This document shows, one piece after another, positions 19,964 through 30,035 of a stretch of 58,055 nt of DNA. The position numbers were made by a program, and so were the translations under genes. The notes beneath the pieces were generated by a model. The model did no database searches. It was not told the origin of the DNA and saw nothing but the letters and a program-made list of their open reading frames with translations. The stretch lies in sequence record SRR31156797_4070. One strand, 5' to 3'. The stretch's first letter is position 1; each line of letters opens with the position of its first letter.

Positions 19964-20902
19964 TTAATTTGATTTACTGCGCCTTAGAATTAGTACTGCT
20001 GCCACAACAATAGCTGCTATAATAAGCGCCGCCACCACTGCGATTATACCAATTAATAGTGCTGTTCTTACGTTGTTTCCACCATCACCATTATTATTTA
20101 CAGTACTTTCTGTAATTGGCATTGTATCAGGTGCTATGTCATCTGATACTTCATTACTGACCGACTGCGAAGTAACTACAGTATCATCCACATTATAAAA
20201 ATGTGATACACAGTATTCTTCAAATGATCCGCCTCTATATGTATATCTTACTATTGAGGCTATTTCCACCTGTCCCTCGTCCTCATGTACAAATGTATAC
20301 GAATATGTATAGTCCGCAGATTCACCTACTGCTATAGTACCAAGACTTGCCTTTGTCTCATCGTACACTATTTCGCCGCCGCCTTTTTTATAGTACTGGA
20401 TTGTGACGCTGGTAGCATCTTTCTCTGCTCTGTTGGCAAAGTTGTCTGTAATCTCAATAGTATCACCAATATGGTATGTCCCCGAATCTGGAGTTGTTGA
20501 TTTCTTTGTAGACCAAATAACATCTGGCTTACTGCCAACTTTAATACTCTTTTGAGTGATACTTTCACGGCTTCCGTCACTATATGTTACACCAATTGGT
20601 AACTGTATCGACGAATCCATCATATTACTCTGAATATAAATACTTACTGATACATTCTGTGAATCTCCAGCTGCAATATTACACTCTCTCTCAGCCATAT
20701 CTCCAATATTATACTTGCTTACAGTCTTACTGCTATTGTTATTTATGGTAAATGAAAGTGTTACATTTCCGCCGTCTTCAGGTACTATTTTGGGCGAATA
20801 GTAGAAACTGTCGATAGTGCATCCTGCACCAAGTGCATTTACTGACAGGAGTGATATTAGTAGTACTGTCAATATGATTGTCATTATTAGCTTGTTTTTC
20901 AT
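19964..20902 (-). CDS. Secreted, C-terminally membrane-anchored protein with Ig-like/CARDB-like beta domains (paralog A)
   Basis: GGAGGAGG RBS, signal peptide, beta-rich domains, C-terminal TM plus RRSK tail; clear similarity to 23146-24405. Confidence 0.7.
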   Translation of the reverse strand: MKNKLIMTIILTVLLISLLSVNALGAGCTIDSFYYSPKIVPEDGGNVTLSFTINNNSSKTVSKYNIGDMAERECNIAAGDSQNVSVSIYIQSNMMDSSIQLPIGVTYSDGSRESITQKSIKVGSKPDVIWSTKKSTTPDSGTYHIGDTIEITDNFANRAEKDATSVTIQYYKKGGGEIVYDETKASLGTIAVGESADYTYSYTFVHEDEGQVEIASIVRYTYRGGSFEEYCVSHFYNVDDTVVTSQSVSNEVSDDIAPDTMPITESTVNNNGDGGNNVRTALLIGIIAVVAALIIAAIVVAAVLILRRSKSN

Positions 20903-21114
20903 AATTACCTCCTCCGAAAAGTTAGCTAAGTTCAAAAGTTACTTTATAAGTTGTCCTAAATAACTTGTTTTTATTTCCATATAGTTGTTTTATTTATATA
21001 ATATATGGATTAATAGCTGCCTCCTTTCAAAGATTATATATTACAATTGTTTTAATAATATTAACTAAATGTGTCTCATTTATGAATTTTTACTGTTTAG
21101 TGGTATAAAATCAT

Positions 21115-21136
21115 CCCGCAGTCAAACTGCGGGTTT
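21115..21136. terminator. GC-rich hairpin, probable terminator
   Basis: CCCGCAGT-caa-ACTGCGGG-TTT. Confidence 0.55.
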
Positions 21137-21582
21137 CAAACTGTAGATAAGCCAATATATAGCATAAAAACGTCCAAGATTTAATTATTAAATTTCATTA
21201 ATAACTATGTGTCTTTGGTAGTTATATTTATTGTTGGATTCAAAACAATTAGATGTTCATATCTTTTTTATCTAATACTATCCTGATTATAAATGCTGCA
21301 CATTTATTGCTCGCTTATGCAGCCTAAAAAGAAACGAATCAAATAAAAACATGCAAGCGTGATTTTGCAAGTAAAATTTATTGACCAAAAGTATTACTTC
21401 GTCTGCAAAATTATACAAAAGGCATTAGAAAATTATAGTGAATTTAATGCAATATACTGTTTGTAATTACTCATTTTATTTTGTAAAATAACTTTATCGA
21501 TACTCTTGGATTTGTTCCGTTATTGGAACAGTCTCTTTACTTACAAATTAGGCTCATTATATACTATATCAAAAGAATACAA

Positions 21583-22995
21583 CTAATATATAACCTCATC
21601 CTTTTGATAATAATACCCTATTGAGAAATCTTTGTATAAATCCAAAGAGGGCAATAGCATTTCATGTGTATACAGTTTCTCTATTTCTACAGTTTCTTTT
21701 TGGTTATCTTCTAGTTGAACAAAAAATTCATCAATTCTTGTTGTAAACTTATCGACATCTAAGCCCATAATTGAGTACTTTGCCTGTATTGAATTCATTT
21801 GTACTATACTATCATCACGAATACCTGCTAAAAGAATAAATAAAGTTAATATAAATATAATTGGTTTATTTGCATTTAAACTATTTTTGTCTTTATTATA
21901 ACAATACCCACATATGTTAAAATAATTTACCAATATGAATAATAAACTCATCATTAATCTTATGTTCTGTGATCTCACTGGTCCGCCATTATTGAACATG
22001 AATGCAGCAGGAGTAAACATGCTAAAGTAAACTAGAAAAGATGCTGCTACAAGTAGAATAGGATTAATGAATACTATATTATTATCCTTTAATATCTTGT
22101 TTATAAAGGGCAGCATACTTATACAAAATGCTAACATTAAATATGTAGCAGAATTTGTGGAAAACTCTTCTGACATAAAACGCAGCATACTAAACGCCGT
22201 ATAAGTTAGGTTAACATGGGATTTAATATGTACCATATTGCCGGGGGCGAAAACATTAATAGTAATGCAAAGTCCTAATATGCTCCATAGTATGAAATAC
22301 ATCCATTTGTTTTTCTTTCGTTTGATAAAAATATATAAAATGAACATACTTGATATTACAGCCAAATATAATACTTGAGGAATATTGGTTCCACCTAGAT
22401 AAATTATATTTAATATACTTAAAATAAACATAATGTATTTAAAAAACTTGTTGTGAATATTTGAAAATACTATTAATTGAGCAACTAGAAGTAAAACCAG
22501 ATTAAATGAAAAAACATAATACCATGCTCCATTGAACCAATATATTCCCTCATATACCGAAGGCATAAATTGGAATATGAGAAATGTAAATACTGCGGAA
22601 AAACAATAAATCAAAGTTGTTTTTCCATTAAAAATATATTTATTAATTACTGCTGCAAGTATAAAAGGACAAATGATAATAATAAAAATTAGTATTAAGG
22701 CCGCAATTCTATACAGCTTAACTGAAAAAACCGCTGGATTTATACTCATTAGGAGTATGCTGGAATATGTACCTTGCCAATTCATATATTTATCTTTAGT
22801 AGTTTCCACTGCAGCTTGTATTGCTTTAAAAACAGAATCTTCTTGTGTATATGCATGTCGTGCCTTAACGCCATATGTAAAGTCATCACCTGCGGGGACT
22901 GCTGACTTTGTTAAGCTGATAAGAGGGCAAATGGATAAAATTAACAATGTATAAATAAGAATGATGTTAATATATTTTTTTGGTAAACTTTTCAT
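21583..22995 (-). CDS. Polytopic membrane protein, DUF6056-like putative GT-C glycosyltransferase
   Basis: DDF motif after first TM, WQGTYSS, YWFNGA, APGN; paralog of 47968-49500. Confidence 0.6.
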   Translation of the reverse strand: MKSLPKKYINIILIYTLLILSICPLISLTKSAVPAGDDFTYGVKARHAYTQEDSVFKAIQAAVETTKDKYMNWQGTYSSILLMSINPAVFSVKLYRIAALILIFIIIICPFILAAVINKYIFNGKTTLIYCFSAVFTFLIFQFMPSVYEGIYWFNGAWYYVFSFNLVLLLVAQLIVFSNIHNKFFKYIMFILSILNIIYLGGTNIPQVLYLAVISSMFILYIFIKRKKNKWMYFILWSILGLCITINVFAPGNMVHIKSHVNLTYTAFSMLRFMSEEFSTNSATYLMLAFCISMLPFINKILKDNNIVFINPILLVAASFLVYFSMFTPAAFMFNNGGPVRSQNIRLMMSLLFILVNYFNICGYCYNKDKNSLNANKPIIFILTLFILLAGIRDDSIVQMNSIQAKYSIMGLDVDKFTTRIDEFFVQLEDNQKETVEIEKLYTHEMLLPSLDLYKDFSIGYYYQKDEVIY

Positions 22996-23145
22996 TAAAA
23001 TTCCTTAAATATTAATACTACCATAATTATACACAATAATATTTTTATATCAAATATAAAATAGTAAATATTAGTAATTCCTAATGAAGAAAGGAGCACC
23101 TTTTGTAATGCCCCTTTAGTGAATATATAGTTGTATAAAATACAT

Positions 23146-24405
23146 TTATCCTTGTTTTTTTCGTGTAGCTAATAATACAATTACAACGATAAGAGAAAGA
23201 ATTATCACTCCTCCTGCAATCAAAGCTGCAATAATAAGCAGATTACTTGTATTTGCGCTAGAACCGTGTACACTTGCACTCCTAGCATTTTCATCTACTT
23301 CTACCTTTACTATGTCAGCAAAAGCTGTTATGTTTTTCCCCACAATCTTTGTCTTTGCAGAGAAATTAAATGCTGTAGTCTTGTCCATAGTAACAGTGTA
23401 TAAATATCTGGCAGAATCTCCTGCAGTTATATCGGTAAGAGTGGCAATTAATTCATCATTATCAAATACTCTGATGCTGTCCATATCAATAGTACCAGTA
23501 TTCTGTACCTCAATAGAAAATATTACATCTTCTCCTTTTGCAACAATTTCATCGGTTACTGATACATTTATTAAGAGACCAGTTATTTCTTCTATATTAG
23601 GCTCAGGTGTAGCTTCAGGAGTTGGTGTAATTTCTAGAGTTGGAGTAGCAGTAGGCTCAGGTGTCATGACTTGGTCCTCTACCGTAAAATAATGTGAAAC
23701 GCAGTATTCCTCCCTCTGACCACCTGCATAAGTAAATCTAATAATAGAAGCAATCTCAATTTCCCCAGCATCCTCTGCTGTAAATGTATATGGATATGTA
23801 ATATTTTTTGAGTCTCCGGAAGGTATTGAACCTAAGTTAATAGTTTGCTCATCATACCAAATATCTGAGCTGTATTTCTTGTAGTACTGTACAGTACAGC
23901 TTAGTGCATCTGCTGTAGCTCTATTCTTGAAATTATCAACGATTTCGATAGATTCGCCTATCATATATGATGATTTTTCTGGCGTAATAGAGGTATTAGT
24001 TGAGTAAATAACATCATCAATTTTGTTAATGGTAATATTCTTTGCGTCAATACTTTTTGATACACCATTTGAATACCTAACAGCAATAGTAACTGTAAAA
24101 GGTGAATCCAGCATAGCTGATGTAATACTGATGCTTGGTGACACTGTCTTTGAATCACCAGGAGCAATATTGCAGTCTTTGGCTGCTTGTTCTACACCAT
24201 TTATTGCAATCATATAGCGATTAACTGTCAAGGCACTGCCATTATCTAGAGTAAATGTCAGCGTACACGAGCCACCTGGCTCATACATCTTTTGTGGAGA
24301 ATAGCTAAAATTAGATACTGTACAGCTAGCAGCTAGTGTAGAGAGAGGAAATAGAGTAGTCAATATAACAGACAATATAAAAACTATAATTATCTTTTTC
24401 TTCAT
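23146..24405 (-). CDS. Secreted, C-terminally membrane-anchored protein with Ig-like/CARDB-like domains and Thr/Pro linker (paralog B)
   Basis: AAAGGAGG RBS, signal peptide, TPEPTATPT linker, VQNTGTIDM domain, TM plus RKK tail. Confidence 0.7.
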   Translation of the reverse strand: MKKKIIIVFILSVILTTLFPLSTLAASCTVSNFSYSPQKMYEPGGSCTLTFTLDNGSALTVNRYMIAINGVEQAAKDCNIAPGDSKTVSPSISITSAMLDSPFTVTIAVRYSNGVSKSIDAKNITINKIDDVIYSTNTSITPEKSSYMIGESIEIVDNFKNRATADALSCTVQYYKKYSSDIWYDEQTINLGSIPSGDSKNITYPYTFTAEDAGEIEIASIIRFTYAGGQREEYCVSHYFTVEDQVMTPEPTATPTLEITPTPEATPEPNIEEITGLLINVSVTDEIVAKGEDVIFSIEVQNTGTIDMDSIRVFDNDELIATLTDITAGDSARYLYTVTMDKTTAFNFSAKTKIVGKNITAFADIVKVEVDENARSASVHGSSANTSNLLIIAALIAGGVIILSLIVVIVLLATRKKQG

Positions 24406-24573
24406 TGTTACCTCCTTTAATTATAATATCACCTTTATATTTTACCAAATTTCAGCATGATTAACAATCATATGTTTAGCATTACTAACAATCGGGCGAT
24501 AAAAAAGAAGATATAACAAAATGCTTACAACAATCATTATATCTTCTAGATAACTTTAAATTATAGTCATTGT

Positions 24574-25863
24574 CTAAATAAAAGCATGATAAATAGCTTT
24601 TACCGCATGTTCAAAGTCCTTTTCCTCCACACCAACAATAATATTAATCTCGCTGGAGCCCTGATCTATCATTAAGACGTTGATATTGTTATCCGACAAT
24701 GCAGTGAATATTTTGGAAGCAGAACCAGCGTGTTTTATCATCCCGTGTCCTACAGTTGCAATCAAAGCAATATCATATGTAACGTAAATATTATCAGGAT
24801 TAACTTCACTCTGAATGTCCTTTTTTATATCATCTATTCTTCCTTCGATTGTTTCTTTACCAACAACTATAGACATGGTATCAATACCTGTTGGTATATG
24901 CTCAATAGAAATATTGTAGGATTCTAATACTCTCAATAATTTTCTGGTAAAGCCTACCTCATTGTTCATTCTGGCTTTTTCAATGTTTATAGCTGCAAAT
25001 CCTCTTTTGCCTGCCACACCAGTAATAGGTCTTGAATTCTCAGATAGCGCTTCTGTAGGCAATATCATTGTGCCTGCATCCTGCGGTCTGTTTGTATTTT
25101 TAATATTAACTGCTATACCCTGCTTTCGAACTGGGAATACACTGTCTTCATGTAATACACCTGCACCCATGTACGACAGCTCCCGCAGCTCCCTGTATGA
25201 TATTTCATCAATGTTTATTGCGTCAGGTACAAGCCTTGGGTCAGCCATAAAGAACCCTGAAACGTCTGTCCAGTTTTCATACAGCGAAGCCTTGCATCCT
25301 GCAGCACATAGTGCTCCGGTTACGTCTGAACCGCTTCTGGTTAATACCCTTATTTCACCGTTATCGTCAGAACCAAAAAAGCCCGGAACAACACAGTGTT
25401 TATCCTTTGTTGCTTTATCTATTTGCTTAAAAGTTTCAGAGAACTTTACCTCTCCGTTATTGTCAAACTTGATTACATCTGCCGCATCAATGAAAGTAAA
25501 GTCTAAAGCCTTTGCTAGGATAATACCGTTTAAATATTCGCCTCTGGATGCAACATAGTCAATAGTTGTTCCTTTATCAATATTATCCTTGATGATCTTA
25601 TATTCTTGAGACAAATCCAAATCCAGTCCCAAATCCTCGATAATACTATCGTATCGTTTTATGATTTCATCAAAATTATCTTCACCATCATAAAGAGATA
25701 ACAGTAAATCTGTTACCTTTATGTCTCCGTCGAATCTCTTGCCCGGTGCTGACGGCACTATTATGCTGCGCTCGGTATTGCTCTTTACAATATCCATCAC
25801 CTTCATAAATCTTTCAGCGTCGCACAATGACGATCCGCCGAACTTAGCTACTATCCTACTCAT
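24574..25863 (-). CDS. lysC: Aspartate kinase with ACT domains
   Basis: KFGGSS, SAPGKR, RSGSDVTG, WTDVSG, QGSSEINI. Confidence 0.93.
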   Translation of the reverse strand: MSRIVAKFGGSSLCDAERFMKVMDIVKSNTERSIIVPSAPGKRFDGDIKVTDLLLSLYDGEDNFDEIIKRYDSIIEDLGLDLDLSQEYKIIKDNIDKGTTIDYVASRGEYLNGIILAKALDFTFIDAADVIKFDNNGEVKFSETFKQIDKATKDKHCVVPGFFGSDDNGEIRVLTRSGSDVTGALCAAGCKASLYENWTDVSGFFMADPRLVPDAINIDEISYRELRELSYMGAGVLHEDSVFPVRKQGIAVNIKNTNRPQDAGTMILPTEALSENSRPITGVAGKRGFAAINIEKARMNNEVGFTRKLLRVLESYNISIEHIPTGIDTMSIVVGKETIEGRIDDIKKDIQSEVNPDNIYVTYDIALIATVGHGMIKHAGSASKIFTALSDNNINVLMIDQGSSEINIIVGVEEKDFEHAVKAIYHAFI

Positions 25864-25918
25864 GAAATTCTCCTAAAATATAAAAAATTAAAAAATTGTT
25901 ATCACTTTTAATACACGT

Positions 25919-27136
25919 CTACTTAATTTTACGTGCTTCCAAATAGTATCTCTTATCCTTTGCATGACCCATAGAGAAGCTCTTCCTAGGCAATGACCCC
26001 TCTTCAATCACTGTTTTAAATAGAGCCTTTTTATCAAACACTGGCAGAATAAATGATACTACATTCTCCTGATTTGACAAATAAAACGCTACATCATCGC
26101 CGTGAATATAATCTATCTCAACGCCCTCATTATCCTCCATAAATCGGTCAATGCCTTTCTGCACAGCAGCAATAGGCAGCTTACCCTTTGTATCTATCAG
26201 CAGCATGCCCTGTGAGCCATTCCTAAAATATGGCAAAGGAGTATCTCCCAGTCCTATATATGAAGCGATTTCATTTATGTGCTTTTCGTTTACATTTATC
26301 AGTAATCTGTGTATGCTTTCAAATACCATTGCAGAATCATGAAGATTGCAAATCTCAACTAATGCGTATCGTGCAGGGTGATCTATCTGCTCTTCTTCGC
26401 TTAAGGTGGACTTTATATTCTCCCAGCATTTTTTTGCTGTTGCCAATGAGTGATTGCCATCACCAACAGCAAATAAGAAACCATTATTTTTATCTTTTAA
26501 TTTTCCCAATTCCTCACTGATTGCAGAGTATGAACTTTCAGCTATTTTATAGCCTTTTATATGTCCACCGTCTTCCATCAAATTAAATTCATATAATACA
26601 TCAAATTGGGATGCTGACTTTCTAATACTATTGAACAGATTATTCTCTTCATCATCAATGAGCATCATAATATGCGGCAATTCCAATGAAGCATTCATTC
26701 TGATTTCTACTCTTGGCGGCAGTCTGTCCTCTATTGTACCTTCGGTAGATCGTATCATAGACTGTGAATTAGAGGTATAATCATATTCTTCCAAATCCAC
26801 GCAGGCAATAAGTCCCTGTCTATATCCATTTTCCACCTGACGCTCTACATATATCATCCCCTCTGTTTCCTCTGCAAACACATCTCCAGAAAGGTACATA
26901 TCCATAGTATCGCTTACCTTTTGCTGCTTTGGCTTAACATCATTCTCTTTTAGATAGATTTCCGGCAGTGTAAGGTTCAGCGTAGACGGTGCATTACCAA
27001 CAAAATCCGTAACCCTCTCCCAGTACCCAGGCTCAGAAGTATATTGATCGCAGGCAACGACCGCCCATTTTTCATTAATTGATTTAGGCAGCAGTATCTT
27101 TGCCTCTTTTATGCCTATGTCTTTGAAATTATTCAT
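25919..27136 (-). CDS. DUF1015 domain protein
   Basis: WAVVACDQYTS, RLPPR, ELPHIM, AVGDGNHSLATAK, LPRKSFSMG. Confidence 0.85.
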   Translation of the reverse strand: MNNFKDIGIKEAKILLPKSINEKWAVVACDQYTSEPGYWERVTDFVGNAPSTLNLTLPEIYLKENDVKPKQQKVSDTMDMYLSGDVFAEETEGMIYVERQVENGYRQGLIACVDLEEYDYTSNSQSMIRSTEGTIEDRLPPRVEIRMNASLELPHIMMLIDDEENNLFNSIRKSASQFDVLYEFNLMEDGGHIKGYKIAESSYSAISEELGKLKDKNNGFLFAVGDGNHSLATAKKCWENIKSTLSEEEQIDHPARYALVEICNLHDSAMVFESIHRLLINVNEKHINEIASYIGLGDTPLPYFRNGSQGMLLIDTKGKLPIAAVQKGIDRFMEDNEGVEIDYIHGDDVAFYLSNQENVVSFILPVFDKKALFKTVIEEGSLPRKSFSMGHAKDKRYYLEARKIK

Positions 27137-27354
27137 AATAAATAGTATAACCTTTCTATTGACAACGAGCCAATTATTAGCAATGCATAAAGCTGACTAA
27201 AATTACGCATATATACTAATATTATTATGCTACCATGTTTAAGAGATTATACAATAAATCACCTATTTTGTGAACTTATTTAATCCAAATTAAGATAAAA
27301 AGCGACAAATTTTATATGTTTATAGTTTTAGTATCAATATGTTGCATATTTTGC

Positions 27355-27384
27355 TTGTAAAAAGGGCATTTATTATGCTATAAT
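27355..27384 (+). promoter_or_regulatory. Sigma-A promoter of secG-rpmE
   Basis: TTGTAA-18nt-TATAAT with extended -10 TG. Confidence 0.6.
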
Positions 27385-27440
27385 ATCATTCGTCGAAAAT
27401 TCATCGATGCAGTAAAGCTGCATAAAGAGAGGGAACAGTA

Positions 27441-27677
27441 ATGAACGCATTAAAAATTGGTTTATACGCTCTTGTTGCACTGGATGCTATTGCATTAATA
27501 GTGATTGTGCTAATGCAGGAGGGTCAGTCAGGCGGCGTAATGGGTATGATGGGCGGCGACAGCGAATTCGGCGCATTCTCTACACGAAGCGGCAGACTAA
27601 AGCTATATACAAAAATATCAGCAGGTTTATTGATGGTATTATGTGTAGGCTTAACAGTAGTTGAGAAATTACTATAG
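27441..27677 (+). CDS. secG: Preprotein translocase subunit SecG
   Basis: Two TMs with VLMQEGQSGG glycine-rich loop, 78 aa. Confidence 0.85.
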   Translation: MNALKIGLYALVALDAIALIVIVLMQEGQSGGVMGMMGGDSEFGAFSTRSGRLKLYTKISAGLLMVLCVGLTVVEKLL

Positions 27678-27749
27678 ATTTAATCTATTATTTATACTTA
27701 TGGCTAAGTCACATTTGACTTTCGTCATAGAATAAGGCAGGTGAAAAAG

Positions 27750-27947
27750 ATGAAACAAGGTATACATCCAGCATATAAAAAGGCAACTGTTAAATGTGCC
27801 TGCGGAGAAACATTTGAAACTATTTCTAACAAAGATGAAATCAAAATAGAAATCTGTTCAAAGTGTCACCCTTTCTATACTGGTAAGCAAAAGCTTGTAG
27901 ATACTGGCGGACGTGTTGATCGTTTCAAAACTCGCTACGGTATGTAA
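27750..27947 (+). CDS. rpmE: 50S ribosomal protein L31 (zinc-binding type A)
   Basis: [31 protein letters not shown]. Confidence 0.97.
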   Translation: MKQGIHPAYKKATVKCACGETFETISNKDEIKIEICSKCHPFYTGKQKLVDTGGRVDRFKTRYGM

Positions 27948-27972
27948 CGACTTATAATGAATTGGCATTAAC

Positions 27973-28000
27973 GCAGGACGTTGTTTCGTTCTGCTTTTTT
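27973..28000 (+). terminator. Intrinsic terminator after rpmE
   Basis: GCAGGACG-ttgttt-CGTTCTGC-TTTTTT. Confidence 0.75.
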
Positions 28001-28027
28001 GCGTATTTAGAAAGTAATGGGGTTATC

Positions 28028-29212
28028 ATGAAAAAAGATAATGGCAAGTGTCTTCCATCAATCGGAGGTCAGGCAGTGATGGAAGGTGTTATGATGCGCA
28101 ACGGCAGCAGGACTGCAATTACCATCAGGAAGAAAAAAGGTCTCTATTCTATAAAAACCTATGGCAGCAAAAAATCAAATGATAAAAAGCCTTGGTACAA
28201 AAGATGGGCATTTATCCGTGGAGTTGTTAACTTTGTTGATATGATGAAGCTGGGAATTACCAGTCTAAATGATTCAGTCAAGATGCTGGATATAGAGGAA
28301 GAAGAGCCTACAAAGTTCGAGAAATGGATAGCAGAAAAGACAGGTAAAGATGTCATGGACGTAGCTATGAGCATCGCTATAGTTCTTGGCATAGGATTTG
28401 CTGTTATTCTTTTCGTAGTACTTCCAAATCTATTAACTACATGGATTGGTAGAAATATGTCCAATTCATTCCTTGTAAATCTAATTGAAGGTTTGCTGAG
28501 AATAAGTATCTTTATTGGGTATATTCTGGCTATTACTTTACTTGATGATTTAAAGAGATTCTTTGGCTATCATGGTGCAGAGCACAAGACCATAAATGCA
28601 TTTGAAAAGGGCAAAAAATTAACTGTAGCAAATGTGCAGGAACAAAGCACAATGCATCCTAGATGCGGAACCAGTTTCTTGGTATTTGTAATGCTTGTTT
28701 CAGTTGTAGTATTTTCGTTAACAGGCTGGGAAGGTCAGCTATGGTGGCAAAGACTAGGTATGCGAATACTTCTGCTGCCAGTTGTAGCCAGTATATCATA
28801 CGAAATGCTTATGGGAATGGCTGACAAAAATGGTCTTTTAGTCAGGATTCTTCGCTGGCCAGGACTACAGGTACAGAGATTAACCACAAAGCAGCCAAAT
28901 GACGAAATGGTAGCAGCTGCTATAATATCATCCCTTTCTGTTATGAGCGATGAACTATTCTATGAATATGCTCCAGAGGAATTCCTTCATGTCCATCCTG
29001 ATTACAAGGAAGAGACAGAGTATGACGAAGAGGGAGAGCCAATCCCTGCTCCTAAGAAAGAGTATGAAATCATTAACTTCAATGAGGTAGAAGAGAGTTC
29101 ACCTAGTGATTCTTCTCCACAAGATAATCATACAGACGGTGAAAGTTCAAGCGAAAACACGTCAGAAACTAATGAAGATGAAGATAACACATCTAACCAA
29201 ATCCTACAGTGA
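28028..29212 (+). CDS. DUF1385 membrane protein with acidic C-terminal tail
   Basis: IGGQAVMEGVMMR, YHGAEHKTI, HPRCGTSF; usual position between rpmE and prmC; start moved to ATG 28028. Confidence 0.9.
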   Translation: MKKDNGKCLPSIGGQAVMEGVMMRNGSRTAITIRKKKGLYSIKTYGSKKSNDKKPWYKRWAFIRGVVNFVDMMKLGITSLNDSVKMLDIEEEEPTKFEKWIAEKTGKDVMDVAMSIAIVLGIGFAVILFVVLPNLLTTWIGRNMSNSFLVNLIEGLLRISIFIGYILAITLLDDLKRFFGYHGAEHKTINAFEKGKKLTVANVQEQSTMHPRCGTSFLVFVMLVSVVVFSLTGWEGQLWWQRLGMRILLLPVVASISYEMLMGMADKNGLLVRILRWPGLQVQRLTTKQPNDEMVAAAIISSLSVMSDELFYEYAPEEFLHVHPDYKEETEYDEEGEPIPAPKKEYEIINFNEVEESSPSDSSPQDNHTDGESSSENTSETNEDEDNTSNQILQ

Positions 29213-29978
29213 TTGCGACATCTACGACATTCTGCTAATCATTGAACAGGTTACAGGAATTAGGTACTCACGGCTTCTGGCTATGGATGAAGTCGATTTT
29301 ACAACAAGTCAGCAAAAGCTTCTTGAAGCAATGGTAAAAAGACTAAAATCAGGAGAGCCCATTCAGTATATTCTTGGGACTTGGGACTTTATAGATTTAG
29401 AACTTAAAGTTGACAGCAGAGCTTTGATTCCAAGACCTGAAACGGAACTGCTGACGCAGCAGGTAGTTAAATATGCTAAGCAAATCAACAATCCAAAGAT
29501 TGTTGATTTAGGCTGCGGTACAGGCTGCATAGGACTATATGCAAAGAGCATATTACCCCATGCAGATGTTACACTAATAGATATTTCAAAGGATGCAATC
29601 AGTCTAGCAAGTGAAAATGCAGAAAAGCTAGAGCTTGATGTGCACCTAATCCATCAGGATATGGCAGATTTAGAAGGCAAATATCACATAATTGTCTCCA
29701 ATCCGCCGTATATTAGCAGTAATATTGTAAAAAGTCTGGATATAAGTGTAAAGGACTATGAGCCTTTAACCGCACTTGACGGCGGAGATGACGGTCTGGA
29801 TTTCTACAGAATGCTAACGGATATGAATGACAATCTATTTGATGATGGAAGTCTTATGCTTGAAATAGGATACGATCAAGGTCTAAGTGTATCAAAACTA
29901 ATGGAAGAGAAATTCACTGATATAAACATAATCAAAGATATATCAGGAAACGATAGAATAATAATAGCTAGAAAATAA
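29172..29978 (+). CDS. prmC: Release factor glutamine methyltransferase
   Basis: GEPIQYI, LIPRPETE, DLGCGTG, SNPPY; start ATG 29172 or 29178 overlapping DUF1385 end. Confidence 0.93.
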   Translation: MKMKITHLTKSYSDCDIYDILLIIEQVTGIRYSRLLAMDEVDFTTSQQKLLEAMVKRLKSGEPIQYILGTWDFIDLELKVDSRALIPRPETELLTQQVVKYAKQINNPKIVDLGCGTGCIGLYAKSILPHADVTLIDISKDAISLASENAEKLELDVHLIHQDMADLEGKYHIIVSNPPYISSNIVKSLDISVKDYEPLTALDGGDDGLDFYRMLTDMNDNLFDDGSLMLEIGYDQGLSVSKLMEEKFTDINIIKDISGNDRIIIARK

Positions 29979-30035
29979 AATTAGTACAAAAACTATTTCT
30001 TAAAAGAATTATTTACTAACAAAAAGGTGATAATT

